Source: Somniosus microcephalus (taxonomy: Eukaryota). Taken from it: 64,000 nucleotides of DNA. The stretch covers positions 44,144,001 through 44,208,000 of the forward strand of contig CM126215.1 in assembly GCA_052327205.1 (NCBI GenBank), read 5' to 3'. Below the pieces are notes generated by a model that was not told the DNA's origin, ran no database searches, and was given only the letters and a program-made list of their open reading frames with translations. Made by a program: the position numbers and the translations under genes. Positions 37,401 through 48,486 of this stretch are shown in pieces (the first letter of the stretch is position 1; each line of letters starts with the position of its first letter).

Positions 37401-40400
37401 GTAAGCGTAAATAGTGACCAAGAGGTTCTTTGGAGGAAGCGAGAATAGTGTCCCCGAAAGGTTCCTTGGGAGTAAGCGTGAAGTGACCTCGAGAGGTTCC
37501 TTGGGAGCAAGTGTGAATAGTGTGCAGAGAGGTTCCTTGTGAGTAAGCGTGAACAGTGTCCCCGAAAGGCTCTGGGGAGTAAGCCTTAATAGTGTCGCCG
37601 AGAGGTTCCTTGGGAGTAAGTAGGAATAGTGTCACCGAGAGGTTCCTTGGGAGAAAGTAGGAATAGTGTCACCGAGAGGTTCCTTGGGAGTAAGCGTGAA
37701 TAGTGTCCCCAAGAGGTTCCTTGGGATTAAGTGTGAATAGTGTCCCCGAGAGGTTCCTTGGGATTAAGTGTGAATAGTGCCGCTGAGAAGTTCCTTGGGG
37801 GTAAGCGGCAATCATGACCCCGAGAGGTTCCTTGGGAGTAAGCGATAATAGTGTCCCCTTGGGAGAAAGTGTGAATAGTGTGCCCGAGAGGTTCCTTGGG
37901 AGTAAGTGTGAATAGTGTCGCCAAGAAGTTCCTTGGGAGTAAGCGACAACAGTGACCCCGAGAGGTTCCTTGGGAGTAAGCGATAATAGTGTCCCCTTGG
38001 GAGAAAGTGTGAATAGTGTGCCCGAGAGGTTCCTTGGGAGTAAGTGTGAATAGTGTCGCCGAGAAGTTCCTTGGGAGTAAGCGACAACAGTGACCCCGAG
38101 AGGTTCCTTGGGAGTAAGCCTTAATAGTGTCCCGAGAGGTTCCTTGGGAGTAAGCATGAATAGTGTCCTCGAGAGGTTCCTTGGGAGTAAGCGTGAATAG
38201 TGTCCCCGAGAGGTTCCTTGGGAGTAAGCGTTAATAGTGTCCCCGAGAGGTTCCTTGGGAGTAAGTGTGAATAGTGTCCGCGATAGGTTCCTTCGGAGTA
38301 AGCGTGAATCGTGTCCGCGAGAGGTTTCTTGGGAGTAAGCGTGAATAGTGACCTCGAGACGTTCCTTAGGTAAGCGTAAATAGTGACCAAGAGGTTCTTT
38401 GGAGGAAGCGAGAATAGTGCCCACGAGAGGTTCCTTGGGAGTAAGCGTGAAGTGTCCTCGAGAGGTTCCTTGGGAGTAAGTGTGAATAGTGTCCAGAGAG
38501 GTTCCTTGGGAGTAAGCGTGAATAGTGTCCCCGAGAGCTTCCTTAGGAGTAAACGTGAATAGTGTCCCCTAGAGGTTCATTGGGAGAAAGCGTGAATAGT
38601 GTCGCCAAGAGGTTCAATGGGAGTAAGCGTCAATAGTGTCCCCGAGAGGTTCCTTGGGAGTAAGCATGAATAGTGTCCCCTAGAGGTTCATTGGGAGAAA
38701 GCGTGAATAGTGTCGCCGAGAGGTTCAATGGGAGTAAGCGTCAATAGTGTCCCCGAGAGGTGCCTTGGGAGTAAGCGTGAATAGTGACCCCGAGACATTC
38801 CTTAAGTAAGCAGAAATAGTGACCCTGAGAGGTTCCTTGGAGGAAGCGAGAATAGTGTCCCCGAGAGGTTCATTGGGAGTAAGCGAAAATTGTGACCCCA
38901 AGAGTTTCCTTGGGAGTAAGCGTGAATAGTGACCCCGAGAGGTTCCTTGGGAGTAAGCGTGAATATTTTCCCGAGAGGTTCCTTGGGAGTACGCGTGAAT
39001 AGTGCCCCCGAGAGCTTCCTTGTGAGTAAGCGTGAAGTGACCTCGAGAGGTACCTTGGGAGTAAGTATGAATAGTGTTCTGAGAGGTTCCTTGTGAGTAA
39101 GCGTGAACAGTGTCCCGGAAAGGTTCTGGGGAGTAAGCCTTAATAGTGTCGCCGAGAGGTTCCGTGGGAGTAAGCGGCAATAGTGTCCCTGAGAGGTTGC
39201 TTGGGAGAAAGCGTGAATAGTTTCCCGAGAGGTTCCTTGGGAGTACGCGTGAATAGTGCCCCCGAGAGCTTCCTTGTGAGTAAGCGTGAAGTGACCTCGA
39301 GAGGTTCCTTGGAAGTAAGTATGAGTAGTGTTCTGAGAGGTTCCTTGTGAGTAAGCGTGAACAGTGTCCCGGAAAGGTTCTGGGGAGTAAGCATCAATAG
39401 TGTCGCTGAGAGGTTCCTTGGGAGTAAGCGGCAATAGTGTCCCTGAGAGGTTGCTTGGGAGAAAGCGTGAATAGTGTCCCCTAGATGTTCCTTGGGAGTA
39501 GGCATGAAATGTGTCGCCAAGAGGTTCCTTGGGAGTGAGCGTGAATAGTGACCCCGAGAGGTTCATTGGGAGTAAGTGGGAATAGTGTCCAGAGAGGTTC
39601 CTTGTGAGTAAGCGTGAACAGTGTCCCCGAAAGGTTCTGGGGAGTAAGCCTTAGTAATGTCGCCGAGAGGTTCCTTGGGAGTAAGCGTGAATAGTGACCC
39701 CGAGAGGTTCCTTGGGAGTAAGTGGGAATAGTGTCACTGAGAGGTTCCTTGGGAGAAAGTGTGAATAGTGTCCCCGAGAGGTTCCTTGGGAGTAAGCGTG
39801 AATAGTGTCCCCAAGAGGTTCCTTGGGATTAAGTTTGAATAGTGTCCCCGAGAGGTTCCTTGGGATTAAGTGTGAATAGTGCTGCTGAGACGTTCCTTGG
39901 GGGTAAGCGGCAATAGTGACTCCGAGAGGTTCCTTGGGAGTAAGCCTTAATAGTGTCCCCGAGAGGTTCCTTGGGAGAAAAAGTGAATAGTGTCCCGGAG
40001 AGGTTCCTTGGGAGTAAGCTTTAATAGTGTCCCCCGAGAGGTTCCTTGGGAGTAAGTGTGAATAGTGTCGCCGAGAAGTTCCTTGGGAGTAAGCGGCAAT
40101 AGTGACCCCGAGAGGTTCCTTGGGAGTAAGCCTTAATAATGTCCCCGAGAGGTTCCTTGGGAGAAAGCGTGAATAGTGACCCCGAGAGCTTCCTTGGGAG
40201 TAAGCATGAATAGTCTCCTCGAGAGGTTCCTTGGGAGTAAGCGTGAATAGTGTCCCCGAGAGGTTCCTTGGGAGTAAGCGTGAATGGTGACCTCGAGACG
40301 TTCCTTAGGTAAGCGTAAATAGTGACCGAGAGGTTCTTTGGAGGAAGCGAGAATAGTGTCCCCGAGAGGTTCCTTGGGAGTAAGCGTGTAGTAACCTCGA

Positions 40401-41260
40401 GAGGTTCCTTGGGAGTAAGTGTGAATAGTGTCCAGAGAGGTTCCTTGTGAGTAAGCATGAACAGTGTCCCCAAAAGGTTCTGGGGAGTAAGCCTTAATAG
40501 TGTCGCCGAGAGGTTCCTTGGGAGTAAGCGGCAATAGTGTCCCCTAGACGTTCCTTGGGAGTAATCGTGAAATGTGTCGCCGAGAGGTTCCTTGGGAGTA
40601 AGTGTGAATAGTGACCCCGAGAGGTTCCTTGGGAGTAAGTGGGAATAGTGTCACCGAGAGGTTCCTTGGGAGAAAGTGTGAATAGTGTCCCTGAGAGGTT
40701 CCTTGGGAGTAAGCGTGAATAGTGTCCCCAAGAGGTTCCTTGAGATTAAGTGTGAATAGTGTCCCCGAGAGGTTCCTTGGGATTAAGTGTGAATAGTGCC
40801 ACTGAGAAGTTCCTTGGGGGTAAGCGGCAATAGTGACCTCGAAGGGTTCCCTGGGAGTAAGCCTTAATAGTGTCCCCGAGAGGTTCCTTGGGAGAAAGCG
40901 TGAATAGTGTCCCGGAGAGGTTCCTTGGGAGTAAGAGATAATAGTGTCCCGCGAGAGGTTCCTTGGGAGAAAGTGTGAATAGTGTGCCCGAGAGGTTCCT
41001 TGGGAGTAAGTGTGAATAGTGTCCCCGAGAGGTTCCTTGGGAGTAAGCGTTAACAGTGTCGCCGAGAGGTTCCTTGGGAGTAAGTGTGAATAGTGTCCCC
41101 GAGAGGTTCCGTGGGAGTAAGTGTGAATAGTGACCCCAAGAGGGTCCTTGAGAGTAAGCGTGAATAGTGTCCCCAAGAGGTTCCTTGGGAGTAAGCTTGA
41201 ATAGTGTCCCTGAGAGTTTCCTTGGGAGTATGCGTGAGTAGTGACCCGAGAGGTTCCTTG
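34453..41260. repeat. 37-bp satellite (AATAGTGTCCCCGAGAGGTTCCTTGGGAGTAAGCGTG)
   Basis: About 185 tandem units; the array resumes after the CR1 insertion at 50204-50275. Confidence 0.98.
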
Positions 41261-41265
41261 CTCCA

Positions 41266-41560
41266 CCACAGCGGCGGACCTGGGAGTGTATTGAGGAGCA
41301 CGGCTGCAGTTTAAAAGCGGCGGCAGTGAACGAGGCCCGACCACAGCGGTGGACCTGGGAGTGGATTGAGGAGCGCGGCGGCAGATTAAAAGTGACGGCA
41401 GCGAATGAGGCCCGACAACAGCGGTGGACCTGGGAGTGGATTGAGAAGCGCGGCAGCAGTTTAAAAGCGGCGGCAGCGAACGAGGCTCGACCACAGCGGC
41501 GGACCTGGGAGTGGATTGAGGAGCGCGGCGGCAGATTAAAAGCAGCGGCAGCGAACGAGG
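41266..41560 (+). repeat. Four 75-bp CpG-rich monomers in the CR1 5' UTR
   Basis: Units begin at 41266, 41341, 41416 and 41491 (CCACAGCGGYGGACCTGGGAGTGGATTGAGGAGCGCGGC...). Confidence 0.92.
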
Positions 41561-41795
41561 TTTACTAATTCAGCAGCGGGAGAGAGAGGTAAAAAGTAAT
41601 CAAAATGTGACGTCACCAGAAAGCAGGTAAGTGATTGGTTGGTGAGCATTTCCCTCTTTTTAAACTTTAACTCTGTGGTTTATAGTTACTAAGGTGTCTC
41701 TGGTGTAGCGGGGACTGATGGTAAACCATTTAGCTGTAGTGTAATTAGTGGGATTGATTGATTTAATTTAAATTCAATTAATTAAAGGGTAAGTC

Positions 41796-42746
41796 ATGGC
41801 AGGACAGCCCGGCCACGTGGTATGCTCCTCCTGCGATATGTGGGAACTCAGGGACAGTTCCTGTGTCCCTGACAACTGTGTGTGCAGGAAGTACACCCAG
41901 CTGCAGCTACTGACAGACCGCATTGCGGTGCTGGAGCTGCGATTGGATGCATACTGGAGCATTTGCGATGCTCGGGACGTCGTGAATAGCACGTTTACGG
42001 AGTTGGGCACACCGCAGGTAGAGGTTGAACAGGCAGAAAGGGAATGGGGGACCAACAGGCAGAGTACTAGGCGCAGGCAGGTAGTGCAGGGATCCCCTGT
42101 GGACATCCCCCTCTCAAACAGATACACCACTTTGAGTGCTGTTGGGGGGCATGGCTTACCAGAGGAAAGCAACAGCAGCCAACTTCCTGGCAGCAGGGGT
42201 GGCTCTGCTGCACAGGACGGGAGGAAAAAGAGGGGTAGAGCTATAGTAATAGGGGATTCTATTGTAAGGGGAATAGATAGGCGTTTCTGCGGCTGCAAAC
42301 GAGACTCCAGGATGGTGTATTGCCTCCCTGGTGCAAGGGTCAAGGATGTCTCAGAGCGGCTGCAGAACATCTTGGAAGGGGAGGGTGAACAGCCAGTTGT
42401 CGCGGTGCATATAAGCAGCAACGATATAGGTAAAAAGCGGGATGAGGTCCTAAAAGCGGAATATAGGGAGTTAGGAGGTAAATTAAAAAATAGGACCTCA
42501 AAGGTAGTAATCTCAGGATTGCTACCAGTGCCATGTGCTAGTCAGAGTAGAAATAGAAGGATATTTCAGCTGAATACGTGGCTAGAGTAATGGTGCAACG
42601 GGGAGGGATTCAAGTTCCTGGGACATTGGAACTGGTTCTGGGGGAGGTGGGACCAGTTCAAACTGGATGGTTTGCACCTGGGCAGGGCTGGAACTGATGT
42701 CCTAGGGGGAGTGTTTCCTAGTGCTCTGGGGGAGGGTTTAAAATAA
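41796..42746 (+). pseudogene. CR1 ORF1 (zinc finger/leucine zipper plus SGNH esterase), one premature stop
   Basis: CSSC...CRKY finger, VIGDSIVRG and DGLHL esterase motifs; in-frame TAA at 42588-42590; natural stop at 42744-42746. Confidence 0.9.
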
Positions 42747-44060
42747 AATGGCAGGGGGTTGGGAACCTGAGCAGGGAGACGGAGGAAAGGGAAACAAGGA
42801 TAAAAGCAAAAGATAGGAAGGAGAAAAACAAAAGTGGCAGTCAGAGAAATCAACGGTTTAAATCAAACGCAGCCACAGTAAATAATAATTCTAATAGGTC
42901 TAAGAGCGTTAAAAAAACAAGCCTGAAGGCTTTGTGTCTTAATGCGAGGAGCATTCGTAATAAGGTGGATGAATTGGCTGCGCAAATAGAGGTAAACGAA
43001 TATGATTTGGTTGGGATTACGGAAATGTGGCTCAAGGATGGCCAAGGCTGGGAACTCAACATCCAGGGGTATTCGATATTCAGGAAAGATAGGCAAAAAG
43101 GAAAGGGAGGTGGGGTAGCATTACTGGTTAAAGAAGGGATTAACACAATTATAAGGAAGGATATTAGCTCTGATGATGTGGAATCTGTATGGGTAGAATT
43201 AAGAAATACTAAGAGGCAGAAAACATTAGTGGGAGTGGTATATAGACCTCCAAACAGTAAGGCGGAGGTTGGGAATGGCATTAAAAGGGAAATTAAAGAA
43301 GCGTGCAATAAGAGCACAATAAAATCATGGGTGACTTTAATCTACATATAGATTGGGCTAACCAAATTAGTAACAATACTGTGGAGGAGGAATTCCTGGA
43401 GTGTTTACGGGATGGTTTCCTGGGCCAACCAGAGATCAGGCCATCTTAGACTGGGTATTATGTAACGAGAAAGGATTAATTAGCAATCTTGTTGTACGAG
43501 GCCCCTTGGGTCGGAGCGATCATAATATGAACGAATTCTTCATTAAGATGGAGAATGAAGTAGTTGACTCAGACTAGGGTCCTAAATTTAAATAAAGGAA
43601 ACTACGATGGTCTGAGGAGCGAGTTGGGTAGGATTGATTGGGGAATGTCACTCAAAGGGTTGACGGTGGATAGGCAATGGCAAACATTCAAAGACCAAAT
43701 GGATGAACTACAGAATTTGTTCATCCCAGTTTGGCATAAAAATAAAATAAAAAAGGTGACTCAACCGTGGCTAACGAGGGGAATTAGGGATAGCATAAGA
43801 TCCAAGGAGACGACATATAAATTGGCCAGAAAAAGCAATAATCCTGAGGATTGGGAACAGTTTAGGATTCAACAAAGGAGGACAAAGGGATTAATTAAGA
43901 AAGGGAAAATAGAATATGAGAGTAAGCTTGCAGGGAACATAAAAACTGACTATAAAAGCTTTGTAGATATGTGAACAGAAAAAGATTGGTGAAGTCAAGC
44001 GTAGGTCCCTTGCAGTCAGAATCAGGGGAATTTATAATGGGGAACAAAGAAATAGCAGGC
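42737..44060 (+). pseudogene. CR1 ORF2 5' part (APE endonuclease), frameshifted
   Basis: CLNARSIRNK, ITE.W, GGGVAL and VYRPP motifs; broken after ~43320. Confidence 0.9.
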
Positions 44061-47000
44061 TGTGGCAGATCGCCACCTAAACGGGCGCAATCCACTTTTC
44101 CGTCCGTGGACAATAAATCAGGCACCTTGCCTTTAAGAGGCATGCTGCCTTTAAGGCATTTCAAAGGAGTGGGCGTCGCCCTCAGTGTGTATATAAAAGC
44201 GTGGGCGTCGCCCTCATTGGGCTTCCGGTTTTAGCAGAGAGAGGAGCTGGAGCAGCCATCTCTCAAGAGAATGTAATAAAAAGCCATGTGTTTCTCAGAT
44301 TGGTTCGGCCTCCATTCGTGTTCCGCGGCAGCCGCAACATTGGTGACCCCGACGCTCAGAACATATTCCGAGCACTGCAATGGCGGACACGAACGCAGTT
44401 TCCGTGAAACTGCCGGAGTTTTGGGAAAACCAGCCCGAAGCCTGGTTCCGCCAAGCTGAGTCCCGATTCCGGCTGCGACACATCACCACAGATGGGACGA
44501 CGTATGACTACCTCGTCGCATCACTCGGTAGCTCCACAGTCACGAAGGTCTGGATAGCGCTGCAGAACTCACCAGAGGAGGGCAAGTATGCACATCTTAA
44601 GGCCGTGCTCCTTAAAAAATTTACGACCTCGACATATCAGCGAAACTGCCGCCTCCTCGACCTTCCAGGCCTCGGTGACGCCTTACCGTCAGACCTCCTC
44701 TCCCACATGCTCTCACTCACCGACGAGAGCCCAGCTGGGTCCCTTTTCCGCACGCTGTTCATCCGCCAGCTACCTCCCAGCATCCGCCCAGCGATCGTGG
44801 CGTCCGGCCTCACGGACCTAGAAGCCCTGGCCGACGAGGCCGACAAGCTGCTGTCCGCTCACTCCAGTCGCGACGTCGCTCCGGACCTGGCAGCCACAGC
44901 CTGGGCACGCCCCTCACCGGCCACCACGCGGCCACAAGGCTCAGCCACGGGGCCTACGCGCCCCACAAACCCAGGCTACTGTTACTACCATGCACGGATT
45001 GGCGCCAGGGCACAACGTTGCACACCTCCCTGCTCCTTCAAGTCCACCCCCGTACCAGCCCCCGCGATGGCCGTGGGCCACGCGGGTTCCCTGCTGTACG
45101 TCACAAATGACAAAACCGGCCGCCGGTTCCTGTGCGACACTGGAGCTCAGCACAGCATTATCCCGGCCTCCGCCCTCGACATCCAAAAGGGCGAACGAGG
45201 ACAGGCGCTGGCTGCCGCTAACGGTTCGGATATCCGGACGTACGGCACCCGCACAGTCACCCTCGACCTTGCTGGTCGCTGCTACCGATGGGAGTTCATT
45301 ACTGCCAAGGTACTCTCCCCTCTCATCGGTGCAGATTTCCTGTGCGCACATGGCCTACTGGTAGACATCCCTCGACACCACCTCGTGGACATGAACACCA
45401 TATCCCCCATCCTGGGCACCATGGCCCCCCGTCAACCCGCCGACATGGCGTCACAGTGCCATGCCCGGGCCACGGATGACTACTCGGCACTCCTGGCCGA
45501 ATTCCTGGCCCTCACCAATCCGACCTTCTCTGCGGAGGTCGCCAAACACGGGGTGGAACACTTCATTCCCACTACAGGCCCCCCAGTGTATGCCCACGCC
45601 CGCAGGCTGGACCCGGCCAAACTGGAGATCGCGCGGACCGAGTTTGCCACTATGGAACAGCTCGGCATCATCCGCCACTCCAACAGTCCCTGGGCCTCCC
45701 CACTCCACATCGCCCCCAAACCAGGCGGGGGTTGGCGCCCCTGCGAGGATTACCGCCGCCTCAATGACGCCACCACCCCTGATTGGTATCCTGTGCCGCA
45801 CATTCAGGACTTCTCAGCTAGACTGGCTGGCCGCTCAGTCTTTTCCAAAGTCGACCTGGTGCGCGGCTACCACCAAGTCCCTGTCCACCCCGTGGACGTC
45901 CCCAAGACGGCCGTAATCACCCCCTTCGGGCTTTTTGAGTTCCTGCGGATGCCCTTCGGCCTCAAAAACTCGGCCCAGGCATTCCAACGGCTCATGGACT
46001 CGGTCCTTCGGGACATGAAGTTCCTGTTCGTATACCTGGACGACATCCTGGTAGCCAGTTCCTCCAAGCAGGAACACCTCGAACATCTTCGCATCCTGTT
46101 CGGGCGCTTCAGCGACCACGGGCTCATTCTCAGCCCAGCCAAGTGCCAGTTCGGCCTGGACAAGATCGATTTCCTCGGCCACCACATTACCCATGCTGGG
46201 GCCATTCCCCTGCCCACCAAGGTGCAGGCCGTCCATCAATTTCCCCGCCCCACCACCATCAAAGGACTCCAGGAGTTCCTCGGGATGGTGAACTTCTACA
46301 ACCGCTTCATTCCCAAAGCGGCGTCCCTCATGAGGCCTCTGTATGAAGCCCTCCGGGGCAGGAGCGGCAAGATGGCGGTCGAATGGACGGCAGACGTATC
46401 AGCCGCCTTCAACTCCACCAAGACCGTGCTCGCCGACACCACCCTGCTCGCGCACCCACGGCCCAATGCCAGAGTAGCACTCACCACGGACGCTTCCGAC
46501 CATGCGGTCGGCGCCGTGTATGAGCAGTGGGTCGACGGCGCCTGGCAACCACTTGCCTTCTTCAGCCTCCAACTACACCCCCCGGAGGTCAAGTACAGCA
46601 CCTTCAACCGCGAGCTTCTCGCGCTGTACCTGGCGGTCCGCCATTTTCGGTTTTTGCTGGAGGGTCACCCCTTCACTGCGTTTGTCGACCACAAACCCTT
46701 GACATTCGCAATGGCAAAGACAACCGACCCCTGGTCCGCCAGGCAGCAGCGCCAGCTCGCGGCAGTGTCTGAGTTCACCACGGACATCCAACATGTCTCT
46801 GGCCGAGACAACGTGGTAGCCGACTGCCTCTCCCGCCCCGCCATCCACGCCGCACACCTGGCAGTCGACTACACTCAACTTGCAGCAGACCAGCTCACGG
46901 ACCCTGATCTGCTCTCCGCACCTACCAAGCTACCAGGGCTACGTCTGGTTGATGTCACCTGCGGCCCGACCGCAGTCACGGTCAAGTGCGACATATCCCT

Positions 47001-48482
47001 ATCTCAACCTCGGCCCGTCGTCCCAGCGTCCTGGCGCTGCCGGGTATTCGAGATTCTCCACAACCTCTCCCACCCCGGCGCCCGCGCAGCCATCAAATTG
47101 GTAGCCAACCGCTTTGTCTGGCGCGGCCTTCGCAAGGATGTGCGTACTTGGGCCAACTCCTGCCTAGCCTGTCAATGGGTCAAGGTGCAGCAACACACGA
47201 AAGCACCCCTCGAGGAGTTCACCGTCCCTTCACGTAGATTCGACCACATCCACGTGGACATCATCGGGCCCCTGCCGCCGTCGCAAGGCCACACGCACTT
47301 GCTGACGATCGTCGACCGCACCACGCGCTGGCCCGAGGCAATTCCACTGACCTCTACCACCACCGCTGACATCGCCAGAGCCTTCGTCAGCACCTGGGTC
47401 GCACGGTTCGGCGTCCCCTCCGACATGACGTCGGACAGAGGTCTGCAATTTACCTCTGAACTTTGGACCGCCATCGCACGCAATCTCGGGGTGACCATTC
47501 ACCACACCACAGCGTACCACCCCCAAGCCAACGGACTGTGTGAGTGGTTCCACAGATCCTTGAAGGCATCTCTTCGAGCCAGCCTCCAGGACGGCGCCTG
47601 GACCGACCGACTCCCGTGGGTCCTCCTCGGCCTGCGCTCTGCGGTTAAAGAAGATCTCCAAGCATCGGCAGCAGAGCTCGTGTACAGCCAGCCGCTGCGC
47701 GTACCCGGCGAGTTCCTGCCCACCGCCACGACACCCTGGTCAGCCGACCAGCAACGCCACGACTTCGCCTCACCGGCGCTACAGTTCGCCCCGGTGCCCA
47801 TTGCCCGGCACGGCGAATCCGCCTCACATGTCCCGCTAAGCCTGCACCAGGCACGGTTCATTTTCGTCCGGCACAACGCCCACCGCGGACCTCTTCAACC
47901 CCCGTACGACGGGCCCTACAAAGTGCTACAGGCTGGGGACAAATTTTTCGCCCTACAAGTGGGCGACAGGACTGAAAAAGTGTCGGTTGACCGACTTAAG
48001 CCAGCGCACTCGGAGTCCGGTGAGCAGGTCCCAGTAGCTCGCCCACCGCCACGCGGCCGACCGGCCCTCAAGCCAGTACACTCGGCTGCTCCACGCCTGG
48101 CCGTTCCACGTCCACCGGCGTCCTACAAGAGCCGCTTCGGCCGGCCCATCAGACCGCCGCACCGTTTCGTCCACACCTCCTAAGCGGATTCTGGGGGGAG
48201 CTGTGTGGCGGATCGCCACCTAAATGGGCGCAATCCACTTTTCCGTCCGTGGACAATAAATCAGGCACCTTGCCTTTAAGAGGCATGCTGCCTTTAAGGC
48301 ATTTCAAAGGAGTGGGCGTTGCCCTCAGTGTGTATATAAAAGCGTGGGCGTCGCCCTCATTGGGCTTCCGGTTTTAGCAGAGAGAGGAGCTGGAGCAGCC
48401 ATCTCTCAAGAGAATGTAATAGAAAGCCATGTGTTTCTCAGATTGGTTCGGCCTCCATTCGTGTTCCGCGGCAGCCTCAACA
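44061..48482 (+). mobile_element. Ty3/Gypsy LTR retrotransposon B, tRNA-Trp PBS
   Basis: 279-bp LTRs at 44061-44339 and 48204-48482 (about 5 substitutions), TG..CA ends, TSD AGGC, PBS TGGTGACCCCGACG at 44341, G-rich PPT. Confidence 0.97.
44380..48183 (+). CDS. Uninterrupted gag-pol polyprotein (1267 aa) of Gypsy B
   Basis: Gag KLPEFW and CYYH..C..PC knuckle, FLCDTGA protease, YLDD RT, TDASD/DHKPL RNaseH, HHCC plus DDE integrase, GPY motif. Confidence 0.93.
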   Translation: MADTNAVSVKLPEFWENQPEAWFRQAESRFRLRHITTDGTTYDYLVASLGSSTVTKVWIALQNSPEEGKYAHLKAVLLKKFTTSTYQRNCRLLDLPGLGDALPSDLLSHMLSLTDESPAGSLFRTLFIRQLPPSIRPAIVASGLTDLEALADEADKLLSAHSSRDVAPDLAATAWARPSPATTRPQGSATGPTRPTNPGYCYYHARIGARAQRCTPPCSFKSTPVPAPAMAVGHAGSLLYVTNDKTGRRFLCDTGAQHSIIPASALDIQKGERGQALAAANGSDIRTYGTRTVTLDLAGRCYRWEFITAKVLSPLIGADFLCAHGLLVDIPRHHLVDMNTISPILGTMAPRQPADMASQCHARATDDYSALLAEFLALTNPTFSAEVAKHGVEHFIPTTGPPVYAHARRLDPAKLEIARTEFATMEQLGIIRHSNSPWASPLHIAPKPGGGWRPCEDYRRLNDATTPDWYPVPHIQDFSARLAGRSVFSKVDLVRGYHQVPVHPVDVPKTAVITPFGLFEFLRMPFGLKNSAQAFQRLMDSVLRDMKFLFVYLDDILVASSSKQEHLEHLRILFGRFSDHGLILSPAKCQFGLDKIDFLGHHITHAGAIPLPTKVQAVHQFPRPTTIKGLQEFLGMVNFYNRFIPKAASLMRPLYEALRGRSGKMAVEWTADVSAAFNSTKTVLADTTLLAHPRPNARVALTTDASDHAVGAVYEQWVDGAWQPLAFFSLQLHPPEVKYSTFNRELLALYLAVRHFRFLLEGHPFTAFVDHKPLTFAMAKTTDPWSARQQRQLAAVSEFTTDIQHVSGRDNVVADCLSRPAIHAAHLAVDYTQLAADQLTDPDLLSAPTKLPGLRLVDVTCGPTAVTVKCDISLSQPRPVVPASWRCRVFEILHNLSHPGARAAIKLVANRFVWRGLRKDVRTWANSCLACQWVKVQQHTKAPLEEFTVPSRRFDHIHVDIIGPLPPSQGHTHLLTIVDRTTRWPEAIPLTSTTTADIARAFVSTWVARFGVPSDMTSDRGLQFTSELWTAIARNLGVTIHHTTAYHPQANGLCEWFHRSLKASLRASLQDGAWTDRLPWVLLGLRSAVKEDLQASAAELVYSQPLRVPGEFLPTATTPWSADQQRHDFASPALQFAPVPIARHGESASHVPLSLHQARFIFVRHNAHRGPLQPPYDGPYKVLQAGDKFFALQVGDRTEKVSVDRLKPAHSESGEQVPVARPPPRGRPALKPVHSAAPRLAVPRPPASYKSRFGRPIRPPHRFVHTS

Positions 48483-48486
48483 AGGC

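Noticed and set aside
34453-41260. CRISPR-like array (37-bp partly palindromic unit)
   Set aside because: Units are head-to-tail without unique spacers, there are no cas genes, and the context is vertebrate.
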